Shown piece by piece: positions 1 to 11,120 of a stretch of 64,000 nucleotides of DNA; the first letter of the stretch is position 1; each line of letters opens with the position of its first letter. The notes under the pieces are model-generated. The model was not told where the DNA came from. It saw nothing but the letters and a program-made list of their open reading frames with translations, and did not search any database. Origin of the DNA: Amphiscolops sp. MND2022 (lineage: Eukaryota); contig OZ076409.1 of NCBI GenBank assembly GCA_964187785.1, positions 82,090,001 to 82,154,000 on the forward strand, read 5' to 3'. A program made the position numbers and the translations under genes.

Positions 1-375
1 GAAAATGATGTGGTTAAAACAACCACCAAAGAAAGTATAGTGGAAAATGACGTGGTTAAAATAACCACAGACGCACCTACAACGGAAAACGACGTGGCTC
101 AAACAGCCACAAATGAAAATACTGCAGAAGATAAAACACCTTCCGACAATATAACGTCATTTGACCTAGATGTCAGCGATAACCCATATATTTTGACCCC
201 ACCACCGATACACAGCCCTCCCAAAACACCCGAATTGCCGCCTATCGTCGTTGGATATAACCCTAGAAAAGTGGGAAGATACAACTTGCGACCTAACCCG
301 AAACCCAATGTCAATCCTGATTTTCGAATGCTTGACTCAGTTACTACGGAGGACTCACGTCCAACTCAAGACTAG
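1..375 (+). CDS. C-terminal low-complexity tail of a Gypsy pol/integrase ORF (5' truncated by the window edge; tail repeated at 1313-1547)
   Basis: Open frame from position 1; ENDVVKTTT-like repeats, a Pro-rich stretch and the RYNLRPNPK motif typical of Gypsy integrase tails. Confidence 0.65.
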   Translation, partial: ENDVVKTTTKESIVENDVVKITTDAPTTENDVAQTATNENTAEDKTPSDNITSFDLDVSDNPYILTPPPIHSPPKTPELPPIVVGYNPRKVGRYNLRPNPKPNVNPDFRMLDSVTTEDSRPTQD

Positions 376-2475
376 CTAAAAAACTCAACAAACCAAACCG
401 AACCGGAATGGCTACGTCAATTTTTCTCAAGACTCTCTAAAACTACATACCCAAAAACTAATACAACAAAGATCAGAAGACAATAAAAAGAAAATATAAC
501 TACATCAAAACCCAAATGAAACTAAATCATCAACAGTTTTTGGACACTTTCTTAGACTTCGGCTGACTACCAGAACCATCATCATCAGCATCTCGTACAA
601 CTTTCTTTCTTCCTTTAGACGAACCAGCTCCACCACCCGAATCACCACCGAGGTTTTCTGCTGCTTCCTTTTAAACGAAATAGTAGCAGACTTAGACTCC
701 GACTTCGTTCCGCCATTACTTGACTTACTGCCACCAGATTTCATAGAAACAACACTTAGAGGACCTGTATCTTGCCTCTTCCGCTGGATCACAGAACTCA
801 AGGAACCACTCGAACCAGCTGTATCGCCACTATCCGATAGCCGGGACATCCGATTTGCATTGTTGAACTCCACATAACGGGCATCGAAGCTTTTCCGGCG
901 CTCTGCGAGGAAAGTAGTAAATAAGGCACTATACTTCACAACAAAGGCATCTACATCCTCCCTGCAAAAATCTGTCCACATACTGAAGTCAGACGCTCCA
1001 AAGAATCTACCAGCATCTGCGATGGCCTTCTTCACAACTATAAGAGTCTGATCACTGAAGAAGGATTGATGCGAATACCCTTCGCTCAATATATAAGACT
1101 GCACCAGTTGCACACAGCTCTGAAAGTCTGCAACACTCAATGCAAAACCAGATAAATCCAGAGACACGGCAGGATAGCGTGCGACAGACACTCCCGCGAC
1201 AAGACAACACAACTTGAATACCCGGAGCAAATGTGGTCGTGACAAGAACCCTACATCACGGAGCAGGTACGGCACCACATTCACAATGTCACCAGCAGAC
1301 TGACAATATATATTCCGACAATATAACGTCATTTGACCTAGATGTCAGCGATAACCCATATATTTTGACCCCACCACCGATACACAGCCCTCCCAAAACA
1401 CCCGAATTGCCGCCTATCGTCGTTGGATATAACCCTAGAAAAGTGGGAAGATACAACTTGCGACCTAACCCGAAACCCAATGTCAATCCTGATTTTCGAA
1501 TGCTTGACTCAGTTACTACGGAGGACTCACGTCCAACTCAAGACTAGCTAAAAAACTCAACAAACCAAACCGAACCGGAATGGCTACGTCAATTTTTCTC
1601 AAGACTCTCTAAAACTACATACCCAAAAACTAATACAACAAAGATCAGAAGACAATAAAAAGAAAATATAACTACATCAAAACCCAAATGAAACTAAATC
1701 ATCAACAGTTTTTGGACACTTTCTTAGACTTCGGCTGACTACCAGAACCATCATCATCAGCATCTCGTACAACTTTCTTTCTTCCTTTAGACGAACCAGC
1801 TCCACCACACGAATCACCACCGACGTTTTTCTGCTGCTTCCTTTTAAACGAAATAGTAGCAGACTTAGACTCCGACTTCGTTCCGCCATTACTTGACTTA
1901 CTGCCACCAGATTTCATAGAAACAACACTTAGAGGACCTGTATCTTGCCTCTTCCGCTGGATCACAGAACTCAAGGAACCACTCGAACCAGCTGTATCGC
2001 CACTATCCGATAGCCGGGACATCCGATTTGCATTGTTGAACTCCACATAACGGGCATCGAAGCTTTTCCGGCGCTCTGCGAGGAAAGTAGTAAATAAGGC
2101 ACTATACTTCACAACAAAGGCATCTACATCCTCCCTGCAAAAATCTGTCCACATACTGAAGTCAGACGCTCCAAAGAATCTACCAGCATCTGCGATGGCC
2201 TTCTTCACAACTATAAGAGTCTGATCACTGAAGAAGGATTGATGCGAATACCCTTCGCTCAATATATAAGACTGCACCAGTTGCACACAGCTCTGAAAGT
2301 CTGCAACACTCAATGCAAAACCAGATAAATCCAGAGACACGGCAGGATAGCGTGCGACAGACACTCCCGCGACAAGACAACACAACTTGAATACCCGGAG
2401 CAAATGTGGTCGTGACAAGAACCCTACATCACGGAGCAGGTACGGCACCACATTCACAATGTCACCAGCAGACTG
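141..2475. repeat. Tandem duplication of ~1.16 kb (141-1302 and 1313-2475) with a 10-nt filler
   Basis: Near-identical copies; a 1-nt indel frameshifts the antisense ORF in the first copy; filler ACAATATATA at 1303-1312. Confidence 0.95.
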
Positions 2476-5400
2476 CCCTGACGAAGAATGATACCCACGT
2501 TTTTCCACAATGAAACTTGCATGTTCCTCCAAAGCTGCACTACTTTCGTCCACACTCAGCGAACCACAGGATACAAGAATACGGCACAAATCCGCAAATA
2601 GACTGAAAACGGCCACATCATCGCCTTCCAGCATCAACTCGGGGCAGAAACTACACATCCCCTTAGCAATAATAGAACGTGCATATGTGCTTTCCAGTAA
2701 AATGATGATCAGACGATCAACGAACTGACGACAATGAAGTCGGAAAGCCACATACTCTTTCGTCTTGCCTGCGGATAACTGTTGCCCCAAGTCATGATTA
2801 GAGAGGAAAGAATCACACGGAACAACAGCGAAATCCCGGACCTTCACGGCATCCATGTAACACTCCCAAGCATGAATTTCAGGAAGACCACTGGTGCTGC
2901 GAGTTTTCAAGAGCAGGCAATACACAAAATTGCAAAACTCGCCATAAGCGCGGAAAGCATAATCCGCCTGATCCTGTCGAAATCTGGGGCAATTGTTGTA
3001 AACTAAAACATACACCATGATTTGTATACAACAGAAGAACAACCCTACCCCAATACACAAAAGAGGAAGACAGGAAAGAACAGCCACTAATACGAACAAA
3101 TACGCAGTCAACAACAGTCAAAAAACAATCTATCAACTCAAAAGAAAACACTCACAAGTATCAAGAATCACTTTCAGCAGACTGAACCGATAAGTTATCA
3201 TATTATCGGCAGTTAGTAACCAATCAATCCCCTGTAGCTAAAATACACAACCTGATTTGACAAAAAGTAACACCGCAACTACACCGGACGGAAGGAACAA
3301 TTTTCACTCACCCGTTCAGCCTTGTCCTTAGCCTCAGGGTTACCAGTACATCGAACAAATGGACGTATTGAAGGCCATAACTCTATCAGATCTGACAGTA
3401 CTTCCCGCAAATCAGCGAATTCCACGTGGCCCTGACGAACACTTTTACACAGTATGGCTCTCTCCTCCATCCAGTCCTCGTAAATGGCAGTTTTCAAACG
3501 TAACACAGTATAATCCACCAGAGAAGTCACCTCCATCATACTGAACACGTCCTGATAGGCTTGCCGAATACAGCGAATCAACATCTCACTAGTGAAGGGC
3601 TGGTAAGACACAAAGACACGACTGTCAGCGCGAGTGTCACTCAAGACACGGACTAAGGACGGACTTCGGCCGACTATAGCCAAAGGCAACTTCCCAGACG
3701 GTAAACTACAGACGACTCGTGCCAAGGGCAGCAACTCTGGTTTTGGCACACGCTGCAGCAGCGACTCACAACCGACACATACCTTCTTCAAATAGTTGTC
3801 TTCCCAGAAGAGAACGAAACAACGTTCTACCTCCGTATCCTTTTCGTACTGCAGAGAATACTCCCGAAATTGCCCAATGTTCTTGAACATCACGCGCAGC
3901 ACTCGGGGAACAAGGCCTTGACACAACACGGACTGAAACAAACACCCAAATGACAAGAAGAAGGAAGAGAAAATAAACAACAACGGAGAGCGAAATCACA
4001 CAACAGTATATCTTTACGGTCACCTAGCGGCTTACAATAAAAGGAGCAAACACCACATAACAGAACACCACCCACTAAATGTACCAAACACACAAAAATA
4101 CTAACCACAGTCTCTGAGCGACTCCACTGTAGAGAGAATTCTGGATCCCGACCGCCCAGAGACGCAAGGAAGTAGCCCCACAGACGACGAACCAACGTGA
4201 AATCCCCGCCACTGCGCAACACATCACTCAAGCTTGAAACGAGAGTCATCAGTGGCACTTTCGAAGAAGCCTTCGAATGTTTGGGCAACATGTCCTCAGG
4301 GAAAGGAAACTCCCCGCCCAAATCCACGAAGGGCCGCGAAAGGAAGTCGTCCTTCTGACGGGCACTCAGCTCCATGGGCTCCATTAGCTTGTTGTACACA
4401 GGGAGACCCATGTGCACACGATATGTGACGTCCTGCTCCCAGTGCATCTTTGACTCAAAGTGACGAGCAAACTCAGCTGACCCTTTTGAACCCATCTTTA
4501 CGTCTCTTCTACAAATGCGACAATAGAAGACCTTTGCACTTCCACACTCTGAACCCGTCACGAAATCAGCAAACAATGGATTCAGCGCTAGCATCCGACG
4601 GTGCAACAACTTCCGACTGCTATATTTCTTCGCCTTCGGGCGCTCTAAGTGACTCTCCACTTTCTCAACAAGCTCGCTGAAGCCTATAACACGCACAAAA
4701 CCACTCAAACAAATGTAACACCCAAAACAAACGTCACTGCAACGTACCACACACCATTCCAACCAGAGGCCAATCACAAATAAACAACTCACTTGTCTGT
4801 ATCTGCCGAGCAGTACGCTCCTCTACCGTCGAAGCCAACTGACGACCCAGCTGCATCATCTCGGGTGACACGGGAGTTGCCGAGAATGATACGTCTTCTG
4901 CCACACTCCAACCACTCAAGGTAGCATCAACATCTGCGACCCGTGTTGTCCTTTTCAATTTCGGAGACGATTCCATGAACTTCACGCTCGTCTTCCGGAA
5001 TGGAAACACTTTCGAACCTACAACACAAGAGTGATAAGAAATGGAAAACAGAAACCAACAAGTTGACAAAAAAAAACAACAACAAAAGAAACCAATCACA
5101 CAACTTACAGACTGGCGTATCCTCCTCTTCTACAGCTCTTTCTTCTCCTGTGGAGGTGGTAGCAGCCTCACCTTCATGAGGCTCCACACTGACATCAAAA
5201 TCGCCCGGAACTACTTCGGACAAATCAGGAGGAACTGCAGAGGAAACATCAATGCCCGGAACTACCTCGGACAAATCAGGAGGAACGGCAGAGGAAACAT
5301 CAATGCCCGGAACAACTGAAGACTCAGTAGTAGGACAAGCGGGAAGCAACGATGTCAAAGCATCATTGATGGACTGCTCAGGAACCAGCACTGAAGTCAC

Positions 5401-5746
5401 TGGAGGCAGCTTCGAAGAAGAACCCAGCGAAGATAACCCCACGGGGGTAGCAGATGTCCCACCCGTAGTGGTAGCGGAAACAACAGCCAAGGAAGTTCCA
5501 GGTTGAGTTACTGAAAATCAAGATCTGGTTCAGACGCGTCAGAGTTACGGGTAAGACTATAAAAGGCTGATCACCAAAACAAAAATAGTCCTACTACCCA
5601 AGAAGTCAGAAAGATTTTTACCAACCTGAAGATGTAACTATAACTTCCGTTTCCGAGGGATAAGCGTCGTCTTCAGTGAAGCAGAAGTTAGTCTCATGCC
5701 CACTGAGAAAACCAGAGACATCAGGAGGAACAGCGTTTTCACTCAT
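1702..5746 (-). CDS. 7-exon antisense gene inside the retrotransposon, ~1109 aa, BED-like zinc finger, probably hAT-transposase-derived. Exons: 5746-5626, 5510-5109, 5017-4793, 4683-4106, 3932-3312, 3237-3156, 3002-1702
   Basis: Six GT-AG introns (donors GTTGGT, GTAAGT, GTGAGT, GTTAGT, GTGAGT, GTGAGT; pyrimidine-rich YAG acceptors) join in matching phase (1,1,1,0,0,1) into a 3330-nt stop-free CDS; motif CRIC-x16-RHFESKMH. Confidence 0.85.
5204..5312. repeat. 51-bp coding tandem repeat (VVPGIDVSSAVPPDLSE) in exon 2 of the antisense gene
   Basis: About two units visible in both DNA and translation. Confidence 0.85.
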
Positions 5747-6338
5747 GATCAAAAGTGACAATAGCGAATGCCAACGAAATCTAAAAAGGGAAAAGAAATC
5801 AACAAAATAGAAATCACGTCGAGTAAAAGTTGACACCCTAAAAGAAATCATTAACGTCATCCCTACGTAATTGAAAAATCATCTAAACTTCAACTTCAGT
5901 GAAAGCCCATTACGGCAGTGACGGGACAAAACGTTCCAAAAAGCATACGGATGAATAAAAGATTCATCAAGGAGCTCTGAAGAAAAGATGGCATTTTGAA
6001 AATTACGGAATATGAACGTAGAACATTCGAGAAAAATCAATGACGTCATCGCGCCATTAAACAGAAAGAAGAAAGAAGATAAAATTGGAAGATTTTCTAT
6101 GAGTTTCAACCAATCACTGCGCAGATGAAAGAAATCTCTTTTCTTAACTCGGGACGCACCGGAACGAAAACGGAAAAACCGACCAATAGAATTTCGATAA
6201 AAATTACGTAAGAAAGAATTTGAAACGGTCATTTGTCGTCCAATCTTCATAAAGCTTGACCAGCACAATTTTCTTAACGCACAATCGTCGCCAACAAGGA
6301 AAATCCTTGAAATAAAACAATCTGAAATTCTCAACAAG
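5747..6338. promoter_or_regulatory. Putative bidirectional internal promoter between the divergent accessory genes
   Basis: Lies between head-to-head ATGs (5746 minus, 6339 plus); TGACGTCA at 6040 and several CCAAT boxes (~6110, 6183, 6240). Confidence 0.45.
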
Positions 6339-7244
6339 ATGAACGGATTTAGCTTGGTTATTGACATCTCTTCTGATGAGGAAAATAATCGCACGAGCAC
6401 TCCGCTGAAAACGCTGCCACTGAATACGGTAGGAACTCTAAGTGACTCCTCAGTCGAAGTTTACCGCGGGAGTGACGCAGACTTAGAGTCTTCTTTTGTT
6501 TCCGATGTCTCCCCGAGGAAATTTGGGCCCACCCCCAAAAAGAAAAAGAAGTTCGGGCGAGTCACGTTCAACTTGTCAGCAGCCAATTCGGACACAGATG
6601 ACTACTACGAAGAGCCACCTTCCCCGCAGGAGCAGTCCTCTCGGGCAGAAACCGCGTCCACTCCGAAAGGTAAAATTCCCTTGCTGGGAAATGAAAGAAT
6701 ACCGAATACGGTCAGGCTGAATGACCTAAATGAACCCCCGCTAGCTGATCTGGACGCACTATACAACTTAGATTTAGAAGACCGTCAGTTCTCCGCAACC
6801 GCCAGACGTGACCGTGGCCTGAAAGCAATGGAATGCCCCAGACAACCCCCAATCTTACCCCGCAGGAAGGAAGACGTTCCCCCTACGGAGGGAAAAGAAA
6901 ATTGCAATTGTACATTGGGCAACTCGAGCAAACCAAGTGGGCCACCCGAATTTTGTCCTGCTGTATGGGCGCAAATAGAAAAGGAAAGTCACGAAATGGA
7001 AGAAGAAGAAAAACTCATAGCCAAGATGAAGGAGGGCAGAGGTCTTGCTCGCGGCAGGCGCCTACACAACGGACGCCCCCCAATCATTATCCGAAAAGAG
7101 ATCCCGCACTGCAACGCTCTACCCTTGTCTCTTGGTTCAAGAGGGGCCCTGTCACGACCCGCTCCCGGTCGTAATTTCTACTGCTGTAGCGGCATACCCG
7201 GCTTTGGAAGAGGTCGAGGACAAGGCCGAGGTAAACTCTATTAA
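6339..7244 (+). CDS. Retrotransposon accessory ORF, 301 aa, low complexity, overlapping the PPT and the 5' end of the LTR
   Basis: Intact ORF; SIM-like LVIDISSDEE, NLS-like PKKKKK, RG-rich C-terminus; the C-terminal APG..CC..G.GRG pattern recurs in the divergent solo LTR at 21483. Confidence 0.7.
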   Translation: MNGFSLVIDISSDEENNRTSTPLKTLPLNTVGTLSDSSVEVYRGSDADLESSFVSDVSPRKFGPTPKKKKKFGRVTFNLSAANSDTDDYYEEPPSPQEQSSRAETASTPKGKIPLLGNERIPNTVRLNDLNEPPLADLDALYNLDLEDRQFSATARRDRGLKAMECPRQPPILPRRKEDVPPTEGKENCNCTLGNSSKPSGPPEFCPAVWAQIEKESHEMEEEEKLIAKMKEGRGLARGRRLHNGRPPIIIRKEIPHCNALPLSLGSRGALSRPAPGRNFYCCSGIPGFGRGRGQGRGKLY

Positions 7245-9494
7245 ACTAATTTTAAAACTAATCTAAATTCTACTTACAGTACAGCTAAATCGATTGCAGA
7301 TAATTTTCCAAATACAAAACCTAGCGTAAACGTTACGGAACACTTTTCAGAAATGATTTTTAGCTAAAACTTCCGGTCAAATATCCCCTGCGCGTGATAA
7401 GATTTTTCATTTCCGGTATGATCTTCTGATTTCCTGCCATACTAATCTAAACACTAAAATGAACATTTATAATTGGGATCATTCTTTCCACTGGTCCACA
7501 CTAAAATGAAAACATTAAAATAAAATTAAATTCCGAGATCCCAACGGAATTCATACAATCTAAAATGAAAAGGAACAGACAAATAATAGAGCGGAATTGT
7601 TTTCCAGAGATGAAGTGGTTGTCAATATTCACTTAAAAGCACAGCCAAGTGATTTAGGCAAATATTTACAACGCTATGGCAACGTCAATCTACTGAGCTA
7701 ATATTAGGAATTTTGCTTCTACGGACCGATAACGTCACTCTATTGATAGAACTATTCTTAGCTAAGTCGAATAGAATCAATTTCGGTTGCCCCTAGCAAC
7801 ACCAATTGGAATAAGAGAAAGAGAATGAATTCACCTACGCACTCCTCTTTCTCTTCGCTTGGTGCGACAGCTAAGCTATGAGCAATCTCAATACGTACGG
7901 AACACTTACGGAGCGGATTGTAAAATTGTATTCCGCTGTTCTGCTATAGATAATCTTAATACGTAGCACCTACGGAGCGAATTGTAAAATTGCAAATGAA
8001 AAATACTGCTTCAAACGAAATCCAAACGAAGCCTTTTAAATCGATGCATTTGAAAGATTTAAGAGTTATGATTTTACATAAGGAAAACTGTACTGTAAGG
8101 AAGAATGATAGAAAATTGCAATGGTAATTTTATGTTCTGGATTTGTATCATCATGGTAAATCACTAAAACACGTTGACATTACGCCCTACTTAGTTCCTC
8201 TTTAAGGGAACAAATCTACTTGATTTACTACGGCATTCAAAATATATTAATGATAATCCTAACGTAGGACGTAAGGTCAACGCCAATTCATAGGCTCCAA
8301 GCCAGTAGTGACAGTTGTATTTCATGATAATGACAATCGGGCTAGTGATCAGACTTCGATTATGTTTTGATAAATTTCATGATTATTTTGCAAAGTGTTG
8401 AAGTTGCTTTCCGTTTATTATTACGAATATGTTGCGCTCATCTTTGTTGTATCTCGTTAAAGTCCCGTTTGGACTTAATTTGTGTTCAATGTAAACGATA
8501 TAGCATACCATTAGCAGGTAATTCATATGTTTGAATTTGAGATTATAGTTTCAGCATCGTTTGTTCCTTTATACCAAATTTCCATGTTTTTCCTCCGCTT
8601 CCAAATTGATTTATTCCGTCGTCATTCCGTCACCATTTTTGAGTGTCATTCTGTTGCTTCGAATCTCAGCTTCCCAAATTGGAAGTTGACTAATTGTTCA
8701 TGCCGGCGTGCTTGCGCTGATGGAAATGCAAGCTAGACTTTTATTTTACCGCAATTTTGAGACTTAAACAGGAAATGGGATTGCCTGAACAAAAATGATT
8801 TCAACAAATTTTACGGAACGCTGACGCAACTAGGAATTTTGATGCCTGATTTTACGACGCGGGACTGAAATGATATGAATCATTAGCGCTTTTTGTTGAA
8901 CAAACCCGATTTTTGTGATACCTAGGAATTTTTAGGTGAGGAACAAATGATGCTGGGAAAATATAAATATGTAGTACATACATGTAAAGTTACAATTTTG
9001 ACTTGCCTTGTAACAATCAGTTTTGTTCCGTTACTATAACGTATTCAAAAGAAAACTTAAATCTTTGAAGAATTCAACTTTTCCAAAGATACCTTCTCTC
9101 TCTCTCTCGATCAAAATGACAACTAGAAGCCAGAAGAGGAAAGCTGTAGCTGAGTTAGTGTCAGGAGATTTCGAAGCTTCCCTGAATGAGAATGGCTCTA
9201 TTGAAAACCTGATACCTAGTTCTAGTAAAAATCCTAGACTCGAGCTTGAAAACTTGGAGGAAATGAAAACAACTCTGAGAAAAGAAATAATGACTGATCT
9301 AACAAAGATATTAGCCGAAAATCAAAAGGAAATGCTCAAGTTAATAGCACCAACGAACAAGAAACACACAGTTAGTTCGAACATACAAGATTCTGATTCT
9401 GACCAAGAAAACATCTCCGTAACAGGAACGTCCACCCCAGTCAAGACACGAACTGCGACTAGTTCTAAAACAACACCGAACAATAGTCGTAACA
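7150..9494 (+). mobile_element. 3' LTR (2345 bp)
   Basis: Terminal inverted repeat TGTCACGAC/GTCGTAACA (8/9 match); upstream PPT; TATAAATA at 8962; colinear similarity to 21483-23816. Confidence 0.8.
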
Positions 9495-9604
9495 GTCCTC
9501 ACGATGTGTTGGCGACTCTGCTGAACAACCTGAAGGTGCAGGAGCGACAGAACCGAGAGTGCACCACAGTGGCCATCGCCATAGTGAGCGAGAAGATAAG
9601 TTGA
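9116..9604 (+). CDS. Gag-like N-terminal ORF encoded within the LTR (MTTRSQKRK...), fused in frame at the LTR end to an SF3B1 fragment
   Basis: ATG at 9116 downstream of the TATA box; related starts at 23463, 27000 and 54775 (minus); ORF reads through ...NNSRN into [19 protein letters not shown]. Confidence 0.6.
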   Translation: MTTRSQKRKAVAELVSGDFEASLNENGSIENLIPSSSKNPRLELENLEEMKTTLRKEIMTDLTKILAENQKEMLKLIAPTNKKHTVSSNIQDSDSDQENISVTGTSTPVKTRTATSSKTTPNNSRNSPHDVLATLLNNLKVQERQNRECTTVAIAIVSEKIS

Positions 9605-10080
9605 TGAGAAAAAAACTGCTTTCAATGTTCGAAATTCCAGTAAGTTGAGTATCTCAGCCGGAATTTAACCCTGTTTTAAAAAAAAATTGATCCTTTCGAC
9701 GGACTTCAGGAATTTTTCTAGGGTACAGAGAAGCCAGAGACACTCAAACAAAATCTTTCCAAGAGCAATACGGCATTAGCATGCTAAATTTTTTGACTTG
9801 ATTCAGTCCTCACGATGTGTTGGCGACTCTGCTGAACAACCTGAAGGTGCAGGAGCGACAGAACCGAGAGTGCACCACAGTGGCCATCGCCATAGTGAGC
9901 GAGAAGATAAGTTGATGAGAAAAAAACTGCTTTCAATGTTCGAAATTCCAGTAAGTTGAGTATCTCAGCCGGAATTTATCCCTGTTTTAAAAAATTTGAT
10001 CCTTTCGACGGACTTCAGGAATTGTTCTAGGGTACAGAGAAGCCAGAGACACTCAAACAAAATCTTTCCAAGAGCAATAT
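9495..10080 (+). pseudogene. SF3B1: Two tandem 311-bp units, each with a truncated SF3B1 exon fragment
   Basis: Encodes [32 protein letters not shown]; units start at 9495 and 9806; acceptor TTGATTCAG precedes the second copy. Confidence 0.85.
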
Positions 10081-10814
10081 TTTTTTTAAAAAAAATCGAA
10101 CGTTATTACACTTGCGATAAGCAAGTGTTATGGGAAAGTGCGGGTGCTTTTTTTTTCGGCGCGACAACTCTCTGATTTCACGCGGCAACTCGCACGTTTC
10201 ACGCGTTCGTGGTCTAGTGGTAAGATGCTTGCTTTTCAACCCAGAGGTTTCGTGCTCGAACCTGTGGGTATGCGCTAATTTGTTTACAAGTATTCCGAAG
10301 CAGAAGGTTCTGACTTTTTTCGGCACTATGAGACTTTTCGGCTTTGTGAGACTTTTTCGGCTTTGTGAGACTTTTTTTCGAATTTTTTCAAATGTCCCCA
10401 AAGAGTCCTTCTTTCATTTTTTGATATTTTGCAAGAGAACGAATGTTAAAAAATCCTAAAGGGTCCCTTTTTTCCGAATTTTCGGCACTATGAGACTGTT
10501 CAAAATTCTAATTTTTTTCAAAAATTTTTTAGACTCCCTTATTTTTTTCAAAAATTTTTCAATGTCCCCAAAGCGTCCTCCTTTCAATTTTTTGATATCT
10601 TGCAACAGAACGAATGTTATAAAATCCTAAAGGGTCCCTTTTTCACATTTTTCGGCACTATGCGACTTAGCGGAAACTTCAAAAAAAATTCGAAAAAAAT
10701 GGGGAAGTTTTTTCCTCATTCTGGTACTGTAGAAGAAAGTATTTGACCCTTTGAAGTCGTTTGCTATTTTCGAGGCTTAGATATAGCGCCGACTTGGGTC
10801 GTTCCCGGCTTGTT
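10081..10814 (+). mobile_element. Helentron/DINE-like non-autonomous element, family 1 (3' end intact), with a tRNA-like module at ~10200-10275
   Basis: Ends in AGCGCCGACT + hairpin + CTTGTT as in the other copies; internal CGGCACTATGAGACT and AAAGGGTCCC repeats. Confidence 0.65.
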
Positions 10815-11120
10815 CGCATGGTATGGTCAAAACGTGGTATCTTGAATTGAAGTATATGAATTTCACATCGTGATTTGGAAATTCAGTTAATCAATATCAT
10901 TAAAGTCAACTTTGAGACAAGAACAACCGTTTCAAGATCTTTCTTCCCAATAAATTTCTAGAACTATGTTCAACTGAACAAAAACTGTCATCGAATAAGA
11001 GTCGAATTTCTGGTCGTTATAAAAACGAAACTCCTACTTGTGCAGCGGGCAATAACAGAGGCGCGGCTGTTGCTTGAAAAAATACGGCATTAGCCTGCTA
11101 CATTTTTTGACTTGATTCAG

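Larger units (their letters stand above)
1..9494 (+). mobile_element. 3' portion of a complex Ty3/Gypsy-like LTR retrotransposon (pol end, antisense spliced gene, accessory ORF, 3' LTR); 5' part lies outside the window
   Basis: Pol-like C-terminus (RYNLRPNPKP); purine tract AAGAGGGG at 7139-7146; LTR from TGTCACGAC (7150) to GTCGTAACA (9494); a homologous solo LTR of similar size at 21483-23816. Confidence 0.8.

Noticed and set aside
505..1332. 275-aa minus-strand ORF as a separate gene
   Set aside because: It is a duplicated, frameshifted 3' fragment of the antisense gene's last exon.
5879..6400. 173-aa minus-strand ORF in the spacer
   Set aside because: Phe/Ser/Arg-rich shadow of A-rich promoter-like DNA that overlaps the start of the plus-strand ORF; no splice link to the antisense gene found.
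10200..10275. Functional tRNA genes here and at 13940, 17930, 40680 and 46150
   Set aside because: Acceptor and other stems are degenerate, and the segments are embedded in repeats.
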